Source of the DNA: Spirochaetota bacterium
GTDB taxonomy: Bacteria; Spirochaetota; UBA12135; COTS27; CBDBHE01
Assembly: GCA_965205605.1 (NCBI GenBank)
Contig: CBDBHE010000007.1
Location: 64,001 to 128,000 of the forward strand
Direction of reading: 5' to 3'
Length of the DNA: 64,000 nt
Each line of letters opens with the position of its first letter. The stretch's first letter is position 1. A program made the position numbers and the translations under genes. The notes under the pieces were generated by a model. The model saw nothing but the letters and a program-made list of their open reading frames with translations. It did not search any database and had not been told where the DNA came from. Shown in pieces: positions 10,474 to 19,068 of this stretch.

Positions 10474-10803
10474 TTAATTTTTTTTATAAAAATTCTTCTT
10501 AATATTTCTTTTTTTAAGTGGAAGCGGATCATCCCCAAACCCTCCCCAAGGGTGACATCTTAAAAGACGATTTAAGGTTAAATAACTGCCATAAAAAAAA
10601 CCTTTCTTTTCAAGAGCCTCTAAAGCATATGCCGAACAACTAGGAGTATACCGACAACTTGGGCGTAAATAAGGACTTACAAATTTTCGATAAAAATGAA
10701 TCAAAATTTTCAAAACCATCACAGGGGTTTTCCAAAAAAAAAGAAAAACTAATTTAAAAACACTTTCTTTTTTTTTAATCATATCAATATTTGCTCTATA
10801 CAA
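10474..10803 (-). CDS. yidD: Membrane protein insertion efficiency factor (start uncertain)
   Basis: YRKFVSP..CRYTPSCSAY..RLLRCHPWGGFGDDP. Confidence 0.93.
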   Translation of the reverse strand: MYRANIDMIKKKESVFKLVFLFFWKTPVMVLKILIHFYRKFVSPYLRPSCRYTPSCSAYALEALEKKGFFYGSYLTLNRLLRCHPWGGFGDDPLPLKKRNIKKNFYKKN

Positions 10804-10954
10804 TATTTATTCTATAGTAATAATCAAATATAAATATTCTACTATTAGTTTAAAATGCTGACTAATGCTTTTACAAAAGATCTTACTTTTTAGTGTTTAA
10901 AAAATAACTTAATGATTTTATAATGCTTAGCTTGTAATAAGCTTCTTTTACAAA

Positions 10955-12043
10955 ATGAAAATTATTCATCAATATGTTTTAAAAGAATTTTTAAAGAGTT
11001 TTTTTGGAGCCCTTATTCTGACTTTAGGGCTTTTTATTATTGTCCGACTTTTAGATAATTTGACTTTCTTCTTAAAAATCTCTGAACGGACTCCTTTCAC
11101 AGATTATCTCTTTTATTTTATATACCAACTACCTTTTACTTTTCTCTACACCTACCCGCTCTCATCTATGTTTGCCACTAATTATACTTTAGGTAAAATG
11201 AATGCTCATAATGAAATTATTTGTATGTATGCAACAGGAAAGTCGATTATTTATATTTGTCTTCCGATTATTATTTTTATTTTTTTTCTCTCTTCGATTT
11301 TTTTTATTTTTGAAGAACCCATTATTTATAACCCTCACGAAAAGTATCTGCTGCTTTCTAAAAAAATGGCTCGCTCTAGTTTGATAAAAAAAAACCTTAG
11401 AGAAAATATTGCTATTTTTGGAAGAGAAAATAAGATTTACTTCATTCAAAAATACGATCAAATGAATTATGAAATGGAAAATACTCATATTGTTTACTTA
11501 AATAAAAACAATATTTTTTCAAATATCATTAGCGCTAGAAAATTAACCTACAACGTGAATAGTAATATTTGGGCTGGGAGTAATGTTTACATCCGTACCT
11601 TTGAAAAAGAGAAAGAAATCAGTTTTATTCACCATAAAAACATCAACTTAGAACTTCAAGAAAAACCTTTTGACTTTGAAAGAGAAAATCGTAAAACGAT
11701 TGATATTTCTAGAAAACAGGCAAAAATAATTGCCAATAAATTAAAAATCATTGGAGGAGAAGTCGCCAAATGGGAAACAGAATATTTTTTTAAATTAGGC
11801 AATCCTTTCATTGCCGTCATTATTGTTTTTCTTTCGATTCCTATTGCTGTTTTTTCTAAGAAGACTTCTTTTGTAAACTCTCTTTTTTTAATCATTATTA
11901 CGACATTTATTTTTTTTATTATAAGCTACGTTGGGAGGTCTCTTGGGGTTAATGAATTTTTTCCTCCTTATCTAGGAGCTTGGTTAGGACATATTATTTT
12001 TATTTTTACTAGCTATTTACTTTTTAAAAAAGCATCTCTCTAG
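10955..12043 (+). CDS. LptF/LptG-family LPS export permease
   Basis: YVLKEFLK, 3 TM + HNEIICMYATGKS + periplasmic domain + 3 TM ending PYLGAWL. Confidence 0.9.
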   Translation: MKIIHQYVLKEFLKSFFGALILTLGLFIIVRLLDNLTFFLKISERTPFTDYLFYFIYQLPFTFLYTYPLSSMFATNYTLGKMNAHNEIICMYATGKSIIYICLPIIIFIFFLSSIFFIFEEPIIYNPHEKYLLLSKKMARSSLIKKNLRENIAIFGRENKIYFIQKYDQMNYEMENTHIVYLNKNNIFSNIISARKLTYNVNSNIWAGSNVYIRTFEKEKEISFIHHKNINLELQEKPFDFERENRKTIDISRKQAKIIANKLKIIGGEVAKWETEYFFKLGNPFIAVIIVFLSIPIAVFSKKTSFVNSLFLIIITTFIFFIISYVGRSLGVNEFFPPYLGAWLGHIIFIFTSYLLFKKASL

Positions 12044-12048
12044 TCCTT

Positions 12049-13395
12049 CTAAAAAGAAACTTTGATATCTAAAACTAAAGAAGACCCTAAATTAGCATAA
12101 GTAAATTCTTTATCTTTTGAGCCTAAATACAAAGTAGGCGTTAGAGAAAAAACAAAATCTTGAATCGGAGAAAAAGAAACAACTGGGCTCAAAATTAAAG
12201 AAGTATCAACTATATTTAAAGCCATATTTACATTAAAGGTGGTTGTCTTTGTAAAAAGATCTAAAAAAGTTAGAAAAATAGAAACGTACCATTGACTATG
12301 TTGGAGTGGATAATACCCCATTTGATCTAAAAAAAGTAATTTTAAATCTGTATCTTCTAAAATCGTTTTATCGGCATACCCCTCTCCATTATAAAAAATT
12401 TCTCCTCCATATACATTTAAACCTTCTCTAAAAGATTTATTAAAACCTAAAACCATTTTAAAAGATTCTCTTTGATAACGTTTTAAAAGCCACTTGTCAT
12501 CTTCATTTAAAAAAAATCTTTCATTAAAATGAGACAACGAATACGCCCCTTCCCCATAAAAATTAAAACCTAAAAACCCTGTTGAAAAATCAAAAGCATA
12601 AATCGGATCTCTTCCTTTTTTTCCCCAATAAGAAACCCCAAGCTCAAGCTTTCCTAAAAGCACTTCTCCTTTAAGTGCAAGTGAATAATCATCATAAACA
12701 CTCAAGTCTTCAGGCCCCCCAATAAAAGAATAAAAATTAAAAAGTGTTCCAATAGGAACAGAAAAACGAAGCCCATAAACTCCCCGTCGGATTCGATCTA
12801 AATCCGTAAACGCCTTTAAATCAACATTAATCACATCAGCCGGTGTCCAAAAAAACCCTCGACTCCACTGTAGGACTTGCTTTCCAATACGAAAATAAAC
12901 CAAATAAAAAAGATTAAAATCAATAAACGATTCATTAAAATTAAGATAATAATCACTCCCATTATTTGCTAATAAGTCCGTTATATTACTAGAAACATTT
13001 TTTGTTTCCTCTTGTTCCAAATCAGAAACTTCCCTAATCGTGCCTAAAGCAGAGGGATAAAGAAGCAAGGAAAACGAAGTATAAACTTTCACTCCCTTAT
13101 CTAAACGAAGATCAAAAAATAAATCATTTTGAAAATAATTGAAAAAAAGATTCTCTCTCCAAGGAAGATCCCCTGTCACACTATCTCTTCTAATGTTGTA
13201 GTGAGAACGATTGTAAATATCCCCTCCAAAAGAGACCCCTTTGTTTTTATCTGAGATTTTTTTGTTATTACTATCCTCTAAGGAAGAAGATTCAACTAAA
13301 GAATCTTTTCCAAAAATAACTTCTTCATCAATTTCTTGAGCGACAAGAAAGGAAAGAAAAAAACAACTTAAAATAAGAAAATAAATGAATCTCAC
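12049..13395 (-). CDS. Putative outer-membrane beta-barrel protein
   Basis: Signal peptide, RIGKQVLQWSRGFFWTPAD motif, alternating beta pattern, terminal Phe (KVSF). Confidence 0.7.
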   Translation of the reverse strand: MRFIYFLILSCFFLSFLVAQEIDEEVIFGKDSLVESSSLEDSNNKKISDKNKGVSFGGDIYNRSHYNIRRDSVTGDLPWRENLFFNYFQNDLFFDLRLDKGVKVYTSFSLLLYPSALGTIREVSDLEQEETKNVSSNITDLLANNGSDYYLNFNESFIDFNLFYLVYFRIGKQVLQWSRGFFWTPADVINVDLKAFTDLDRIRRGVYGLRFSVPIGTLFNFYSFIGGPEDLSVYDDYSLALKGEVLLGKLELGVSYWGKKGRDPIYAFDFSTGFLGFNFYGEGAYSLSHFNERFFLNEDDKWLLKRYQRESFKMVLGFNKSFREGLNVYGGEIFYNGEGYADKTILEDTDLKLLFLDQMGYYPLQHSQWYVSIFLTFLDLFTKTTTFNVNMALNIVDTSLILSPVVSFSPIQDFVFSLTPTLYLGSKDKEFTYANLGSSLVLDIKVSF

Positions 13396-13402
13396 TCAAA
13401 AA

Positions 13403-14209
13403 TTAACGACTTAAATTTTCAAGATAAGCTTTAGTAAAAACATTGTTTTTAATCGGCTGAAATGAAAAATCTTTAATCTCAAAAACAGTCTTATTGCCTT
13501 TTTCAAATTCATCAATATTATAACCTTTAACAGGGATATATCGATTGCCTACCTTGGTGTATTTTGGGAAGTATTGAGTTAAAAGCAAGGTTGCAGATTT
13601 TGAATAATTTTGAATTTTTAAAATCAGATAATTGTCTTTTCTAACATAAAGAGTTTGTTTAGGATAAGTGACATCTCGCACTTTAGCGGTAATAAAAACA
13701 ATATAAACTGGAATACTGCCAACTTTACCTTCTTTTATTTTTTGCTTACCATCTTCATCTTTGTCAATTTGATAAAGCTCGGAGGTTTTTCTTTGCTCTA
13801 AGTCACCACTTCTAATATCAGTGCCGCCTATATTTTCATCCCTACCAATATGTTGAAACGATCTGGTGTTTTTTCGGTAAAGCCAAAAATTATCTTTTTT
13901 TTTAAGATACCCATTGCCTTTTTCTTGATTAGGAGCGAGCATAACAATTAGAAAAGAGTCATCCCGATCTCTCCTATAATAAACCATTTCAAAACGACGC
14001 GTCCCTTGGACAGGTCTTGTTTGAAGCAAAGTTATTTTGGCTACTACATCAGATTGAATGGATTGTTGTTGATCAATTTCTTTTAAAATTTTTTTCCCCA
14101 AGTCTTTTGGCATGCCAAAAGAAAGTAAAAAACAGCCATAAAAGATTAATTTTATTTGAAGTAAAGTAATTACTTTACTTACTTGTCGATTGAAAATAGT
14201 GGTTTTCAT
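13403..14209 (-). CDS. Outer-membrane lipoprotein-sorting (LolA-like, TP0789-type) protein
   Basis: APNQEKGNGYLK..NFWLY, GGTDIRSGDL, NNVFTKAYLENLSR. Confidence 0.85.
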   Translation of the reverse strand: MKTTIFNRQVSKVITLLQIKLIFYGCFLLSFGMPKDLGKKILKEIDQQQSIQSDVVAKITLLQTRPVQGTRRFEMVYYRRDRDDSFLIVMLAPNQEKGNGYLKKKDNFWLYRKNTRSFQHIGRDENIGGTDIRSGDLEQRKTSELYQIDKDEDGKQKIKEGKVGSIPVYIVFITAKVRDVTYPKQTLYVRKDNYLILKIQNYSKSATLLLTQYFPKYTKVGNRYIPVKGYNIDEFEKGNKTVFEIKDFSFQPIKNNVFTKAYLENLSR

Positions 14210-14262
14210 TTTAATGGGCTCCTTCTCCTTTTTATACTTTTTGTTTTTATTGTTATTTTTTT

Positions 14263-15978
14263 TTACCCATAATGTCCAAGAGCTTCTGATGGTTTAAGCT
14301 TTGCTGCCTTTAAAGACGGAAAGAATGCTGATAAAGTCGTCACTAAAACAATCAAAAAAGTATAGATTAAAAGAGAAATAAAACTCACCAAAAAATGCAA
14401 ATGACCATCTCGAAGAAAAAAAGAAAAATAATTTTCTGTCCCAAAATCAAACATTGAAAGGAAGAAAATAACAATAAAAGAAATTAAAATACCAGCTAAA
14501 CAAGCAAAAAAAGAAAGGATCCCCGCTTCCATTAAAAACGAACCTAGCACATTTTTTCGACTCATTCCTATGGCTCTAATGGTCCCAATTTCTCTAGTAC
14601 GCTCTCGAATCGAAAGATTAAACGTATTGATCACTCCCACTAAAACAATAAGACCAATAATAATAAAAGCAAAATAAGTAATCGATTTAATGGCAGCTTC
14701 CATTTCCAAAAATTGCGAACCTGTTTCATACATCGTACGGACATCTAAAGCTTGACCTTGCCATTTTTTTTTATTTAAATGAGCAAATTTAACGTTAATT
14801 GCCTCTGTGCTGTCACTTTGTTCCATCAAAATCCAACTTTTAAGGAATAAATCTGGGTATTCTTGATCAATTTTTTTAAGGAGATCGTTTTCACCATCAC
14901 TAAGATCTCTTGGAATAAAAGGATAATACAATTCATACAAAAGCTCTGGAGAGACGAGCCCATAAGAAATATTTTTTTTAGGGGTCTTTACGGCTTTAAT
15001 TTTTAAACGCACTTTTTTTGTCGAATGATATTTTGGAAAATAAGAAGCCTCAACTATCTGACCTTCTTTTAACCCAAAGGTATCGATGGTGTTTTTAGAA
15101 AGCCCAAGAGTTTTTTTAGAAATACTTGGTAGAAGGCTAAGATCAAAAGAAGGCTTGTGATCATCTTCTTGATTAAAATCAATTTTTTTTAAATTGCCAG
15201 CAAGAGCCATTAACGATTGATTGTTGATCAATAAAGGCAAAGCGGCTATTTTTGGCTTTAAAGAGCTTCTTAAAATTTTAGAATATTTTTTAGCTTTGAG
15301 TGGGTTTTCTAAGATAATTTTAATTTTAGAAGCTTCATGAGGGTCATAGCCTAAAGAAATTTTCAAGTCATCTAAATTAACATAAACTGCTAAATCTAAA
15401 AAAAAGCTCTCTGGTTTTAAAAGAGCCACGACTTCTAGTTTTAAAATTTCAGCTTGTCCATAAATTCCTTGAAAACGAGTTGTAACAAAATCTCCCACTT
15501 TAACATTGAGGTCTTCTGCCTTATTACGATAAAGCATGGCTTTGTTTTTTCCAGAAATAAACTTTTCCACACTCCCCTCAACGACTTGAATGCTTGATTT
15601 TTCATCCATGATTTTTTCTTTACTAATTCCTGAAAGCACCATATTATCTCCAACTCCATTTCCAACTACTCTCGTCCATGCAGTAATGTTTTCATCAATT
15701 TTTTTAAAAGTTGGGATATTTTCTTTAATAAGTTTTTCAAAAAAAAATCGATCTCTTGCAATTTCTCCTTTAACCTTTGTTCTCTCTTGAATCGAAATTT
15801 CAATATGACCTGTAAAATCTGCTAAAAAGGTATTCATCACAATATCAGAAAGTCCTTCGGCAAAAGAGCTAGAAAGCACTAAAATGACCATCCCCACACT
15901 AATACCAAGACCCAAAAGAATGTTGCGTCTTTTTTGACGAATCAAATTTCTAAAAGCAATTCTAAAAATAAGTTTCAT
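14263..15978 (-). CDS. FtsX/MacB/LolE-type ABC permease
   Basis: AFRNLIRQKRR, large periplasmic region, ERTREIGTIRAIG, PSLKAAKLKPSEAL. Confidence 0.9.
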   Translation of the reverse strand: MKLIFRIAFRNLIRQKRRNILLGLGISVGMVILVLSSSFAEGLSDIVMNTFLADFTGHIEISIQERTKVKGEIARDRFFFEKLIKENIPTFKKIDENITAWTRVVGNGVGDNMVLSGISKEKIMDEKSSIQVVEGSVEKFISGKNKAMLYRNKAEDLNVKVGDFVTTRFQGIYGQAEILKLEVVALLKPESFFLDLAVYVNLDDLKISLGYDPHEASKIKIILENPLKAKKYSKILRSSLKPKIAALPLLINNQSLMALAGNLKKIDFNQEDDHKPSFDLSLLPSISKKTLGLSKNTIDTFGLKEGQIVEASYFPKYHSTKKVRLKIKAVKTPKKNISYGLVSPELLYELYYPFIPRDLSDGENDLLKKIDQEYPDLFLKSWILMEQSDSTEAINVKFAHLNKKKWQGQALDVRTMYETGSQFLEMEAAIKSITYFAFIIIGLIVLVGVINTFNLSIRERTREIGTIRAIGMSRKNVLGSFLMEAGILSFFACLAGILISFIVIFFLSMFDFGTENYFSFFLRDGHLHFLVSFISLLIYTFLIVLVTTLSAFFPSLKAAKLKPSEALGHYG

Positions 15979-15982
15979 CTCT

Positions 15983-17566
15983 TTAGTCTCTTACCATTGC
16001 ATCCAAAGGAGCTATTTTTCTACTAACAAATAAAGGATATAAAATAGAAAGAAAGGTGACTAATGCCAGAAAACCAATCCCTATAATCATATCAGAAAAC
16101 AAAAATACAGGTTGATAAACCTCTCCTCCTGCTATGACTTGTAAAAAGTCGTTTTTAATAGGCAGCTTAAGAAAGGCTAAATAAGTAGTCAAAAAAGAAC
16201 CTACTATCATTCCTAACAAACCAAATAAAAAAGAAAGTGAAAAGGTTTCTGTAAGCAACATCAAACCAATAAAACTTTTTTTAGCTCCAATCGCCCTCAT
16301 CATCCCAAGCTCTTCAGAACGCTCCAAAGTTGACATCGCAAGGGTATTCATAATGATAATAATTGCAACTAAAAAAATAAAAAAGACACAGACATAAAGA
16401 GCCACCCGAATTCCATCCAAAAAACTAATCATTGCTCCTCCCACTTCTTTCCAATCAATCGCTTTTGCTTGAAGACCGGCTTGTTTAAAGGCTTGATTAA
16501 AATTTAATAAGGCTCTTTTAAGATCTTTTTTATTTTTAAGGCGAAGACCAATCGCTTGAAAAGCCCCCGTGTCTATTGCAACTTTTTCTTGAATCGCATT
16601 ATTTTGTTTGAACAGCGTTTTGATACTTTGAGGCGTTGTCGCTTTAACATCAATTAAAAAACTATCTGATGAAAAAAGTTTTTCAATATCTTCTTCTTCT
16701 AAACCGACTGTTTTTTGTTCTTTTTTAGAAAGCTGCTTGGATTGATCTTCACCCAAGTTATAATTCATACACTGGCGGTAAGAAGTAATATCTAAAAGAC
16801 TAATTTCTCGCCAAAAAACCCTAAGAAACTTATATTTAAAAGTCCCCAAAATAGGAGTACGGACATCCATCACCGAGTTTTTATCTGAAGTCCCCATCAA
16901 AACAATATCGTTCTTAATAGGGAGCTCTGATTTTAAAGAGTTTTTAATTTCTTTGGGCAAATAATTTGTTTTAAAAGGATAGTTTTGAGGATAATAAAGC
17001 TCCTGATTAAACTTAAAGTACATATCCCTCATAAACTCAGTTATTAAAAGCCCTCGACTTCCTTTCTTTGGTAAACTGCCTTCTAAGATTTCAAAGTTTC
17101 CAAACATCTCATGATACTTCGCAAAATCAACCCCAAAAACTCCACACCCAGGCGGATAGCCTATGGCATTACTACCCCCTGAAAGCATCATTAAAAACCC
17201 AATCGTATACGGTAAATAATTTTCAACTAAAGGACTTGATTCAATCACTTCTTTTACTTTGTCATAACTAGCAATGACTTCAATCGGTTTTGCAAAAAAC
17301 TGCTCCATTAAAGCTGTTTTTTTTTGCTTGCTTGACACAATGGTAATGTCCCCTAAAAAACGATCGACTAAAACTTCCTTGACATTGCGGTCAACTGCTG
17401 TAATCGTAGAACCTCCCAAAATAATAATTAGCCCCCCAATAAAAAGAATCAAGCCTGTTACAAATGTTTTTCCTTTATGACGAAAAAGATTCCTAAAAGA
17501 AATTTTGATAAGCGTAATAAAAAAATAATTCCAAAAAATCTTAAAAAAAAAATTTATTTTATTCAT
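15983..17566 (-). CDS. FtsX/MacB/LolC-type ABC permease
   Basis: SFRNLFRHKGK, ERSEELGMMRAIGA, KIAPLDAM. Confidence 0.9.
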   Translation of the reverse strand: MNKINFFFKIFWNYFFITLIKISFRNLFRHKGKTFVTGLILFIGGLIIILGGSTITAVDRNVKEVLVDRFLGDITIVSSKQKKTALMEQFFAKPIEVIASYDKVKEVIESSPLVENYLPYTIGFLMMLSGGSNAIGYPPGCGVFGVDFAKYHEMFGNFEILEGSLPKKGSRGLLITEFMRDMYFKFNQELYYPQNYPFKTNYLPKEIKNSLKSELPIKNDIVLMGTSDKNSVMDVRTPILGTFKYKFLRVFWREISLLDITSYRQCMNYNLGEDQSKQLSKKEQKTVGLEEEDIEKLFSSDSFLIDVKATTPQSIKTLFKQNNAIQEKVAIDTGAFQAIGLRLKNKKDLKRALLNFNQAFKQAGLQAKAIDWKEVGGAMISFLDGIRVALYVCVFFIFLVAIIIIMNTLAMSTLERSEELGMMRAIGAKKSFIGLMLLTETFSLSFLFGLLGMIVGSFLTTYLAFLKLPIKNDFLQVIAGGEVYQPVFLFSDMIIGIGFLALVTFLSILYPLFVSRKIAPLDAMVRD

Positions 17567-17599
17567 TGAAATTTTTTTAAAAAATTAAAAAGAAAAAAA

Positions 17600-18292
17600 T
17601 CAGACGATTTGTCCATCTTTAATTTTAATTGTTTTTTTTGTGTATTTAAGAACATCAGGATCATGGGTAGAAAGAATAAAAGTAGTTTTGATTTTTTGAT
17701 TCATTTCTTTCATGATTTCTAAAATAACCTGCCCCGTTTTAGAATCTAAATTAGCAGTCGGTTCATCCGCTAAAATAATAGAAGGATCTGTCACCAAAGC
17801 TCTAGCAATCGCAACTCGCTGTCTTTGCCCTCCTGAAAGCTCTGAAGGACGTTGACTCATTTGTTTTTTAAGGCCCACCGCCTCAATAAGAGATAGCGCC
17901 TTTTCTTTGATTTTTTCTTTATCTTCTTTTTTTTTAAACTTAAGAATTAATGGAAACTCAACATTTTCAACCACACTTAAAACAGGGATTAAATTAAAAT
18001 TTTGAAAAATAAACCCAATATTATCAAGCCTCATTAAAGTCAGTTGATTATCATTTAAGTCAATAATCGATTTGCCTTCAATTTTAACAAGGCCACTCGA
18101 AGGCTTATCAATCAAGCCAATAATATTTAATAACGTTGTTTTCCCACTCCCTGAAGGGCCACTAATCGATAAAAACTCCCCTTTTTTAATAGAAAAATTA
18201 ATGTTTTTTAAGGCTTCAACGGTTAAGTTACCAAGAGGATACGTTTTAGAAACATTTTTTAAATCAATTATTACTGAATTAGTATTTATCAT
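17600..18292 (-). CDS. LolD/MacB-type ABC transporter ATP-binding protein
   Basis: [32 protein letters not shown]; ATG at 18292 is more plausible than 18391. Confidence 0.95.
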   Translation of the reverse strand: MINTNSVIIDLKNVSKTYPLGNLTVEALKNINFSIKKGEFLSISGPSGSGKTTLLNIIGLIDKPSSGLVKIEGKSIIDLNDNQLTLMRLDNIGFIFQNFNLIPVLSVVENVEFPLILKFKKKEDKEKIKEKALSLIEAVGLKKQMSQRPSELSGGQRQRVAIARALVTDPSIILADEPTANLDSKTGQVILEIMKEMNQKIKTTFILSTHDPDVLKYTKKTIKIKDGQIV

Positions 18293-18370
18293 TAGATTTT
18301 TTTTAAAGTAATTATATAATTCAAAAAAAAAAAAAAAAAGAAATTCTAAAAAAAAAAAATTAAATATTAG

Positions 18371-18727
18371 ATAACTAATAAGCAGAAACAAAACCTCATT
18401 TTTATCATTGCCATCTTATTAATGGTGATATCGTTTCCGATATCTATAACAAAAACTATAGGCAACTACATCGTTTACGACAACGTATGGGCAAGAATGC
18501 TAAAAGGTGAAAACATTTACATTTGACTCATTAGCTCAGGCTCAGCGTATGCTCCTTACGGCCCCTTCTTTACTTTCATGGGGATGGGGTTTTTATCTTA
18601 CTTTACCTTACTAGAGTCTCTTTTGGATTTCATTTACCCACAAAGCCTTTTTCCTAAAATTCTTTTTTTTACTTGCTACCAAATACTAATCTTTTTTCTA
18701 CTACGTTTGTGTCAAAAAAAAAAATGA
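18371..18727 (+). pseudogene. Decayed membrane protein (GT87/DUF2029-like N-terminus)
   Basis: Frame from ATA at 18371: NLIFIIAILLMVISFP...YDNVWARMLKGENIYI*LISSGSAYAPYGPFF..., in-frame TGA at 18524-18526. Confidence 0.45.
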
Positions 18728-19068
18728 CCTCATCAGTCAAATCATTGTGCTGGGTATATAAAAAAAGTAACCGAAAAAAACATGCTTTCAAGCAAACATA
18801 CCCTCCTAAGCTATCTAAAAAATATCAAAATAGAAAAGACGCTTTATTCTACAACAATTACCTAAGCAAAATGTTTAGTTTTTTAAGGAAAAAAGTAAAC
18901 AATTTTCTAATAATACTTGTGAATGATTTACTTTAACATCAATCAATGACACAATAGCACATAAAGCTCACTGTAAAAAAATCCTTATCACCATTCTCAT
19001 TTTTAGTGGTTCTATTTACAATCGCATTTAAAAAAAAATTATATTAACAAATAAAAGGCTGACTCTAA

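Noticed and set aside
18524-18526. In-frame TGA as a sign of recoding or an alternative genetic code
   Set aside because: TGA ends intact genes here (e.g. 25572, 37557) and Trp is TGG throughout; simple pseudogenisation fits better.
18673-18936. 87-aa ORF with faint transposase-like flavour
   Set aside because: No convincing motif or RBS; overlaps a pseudogene fragment.
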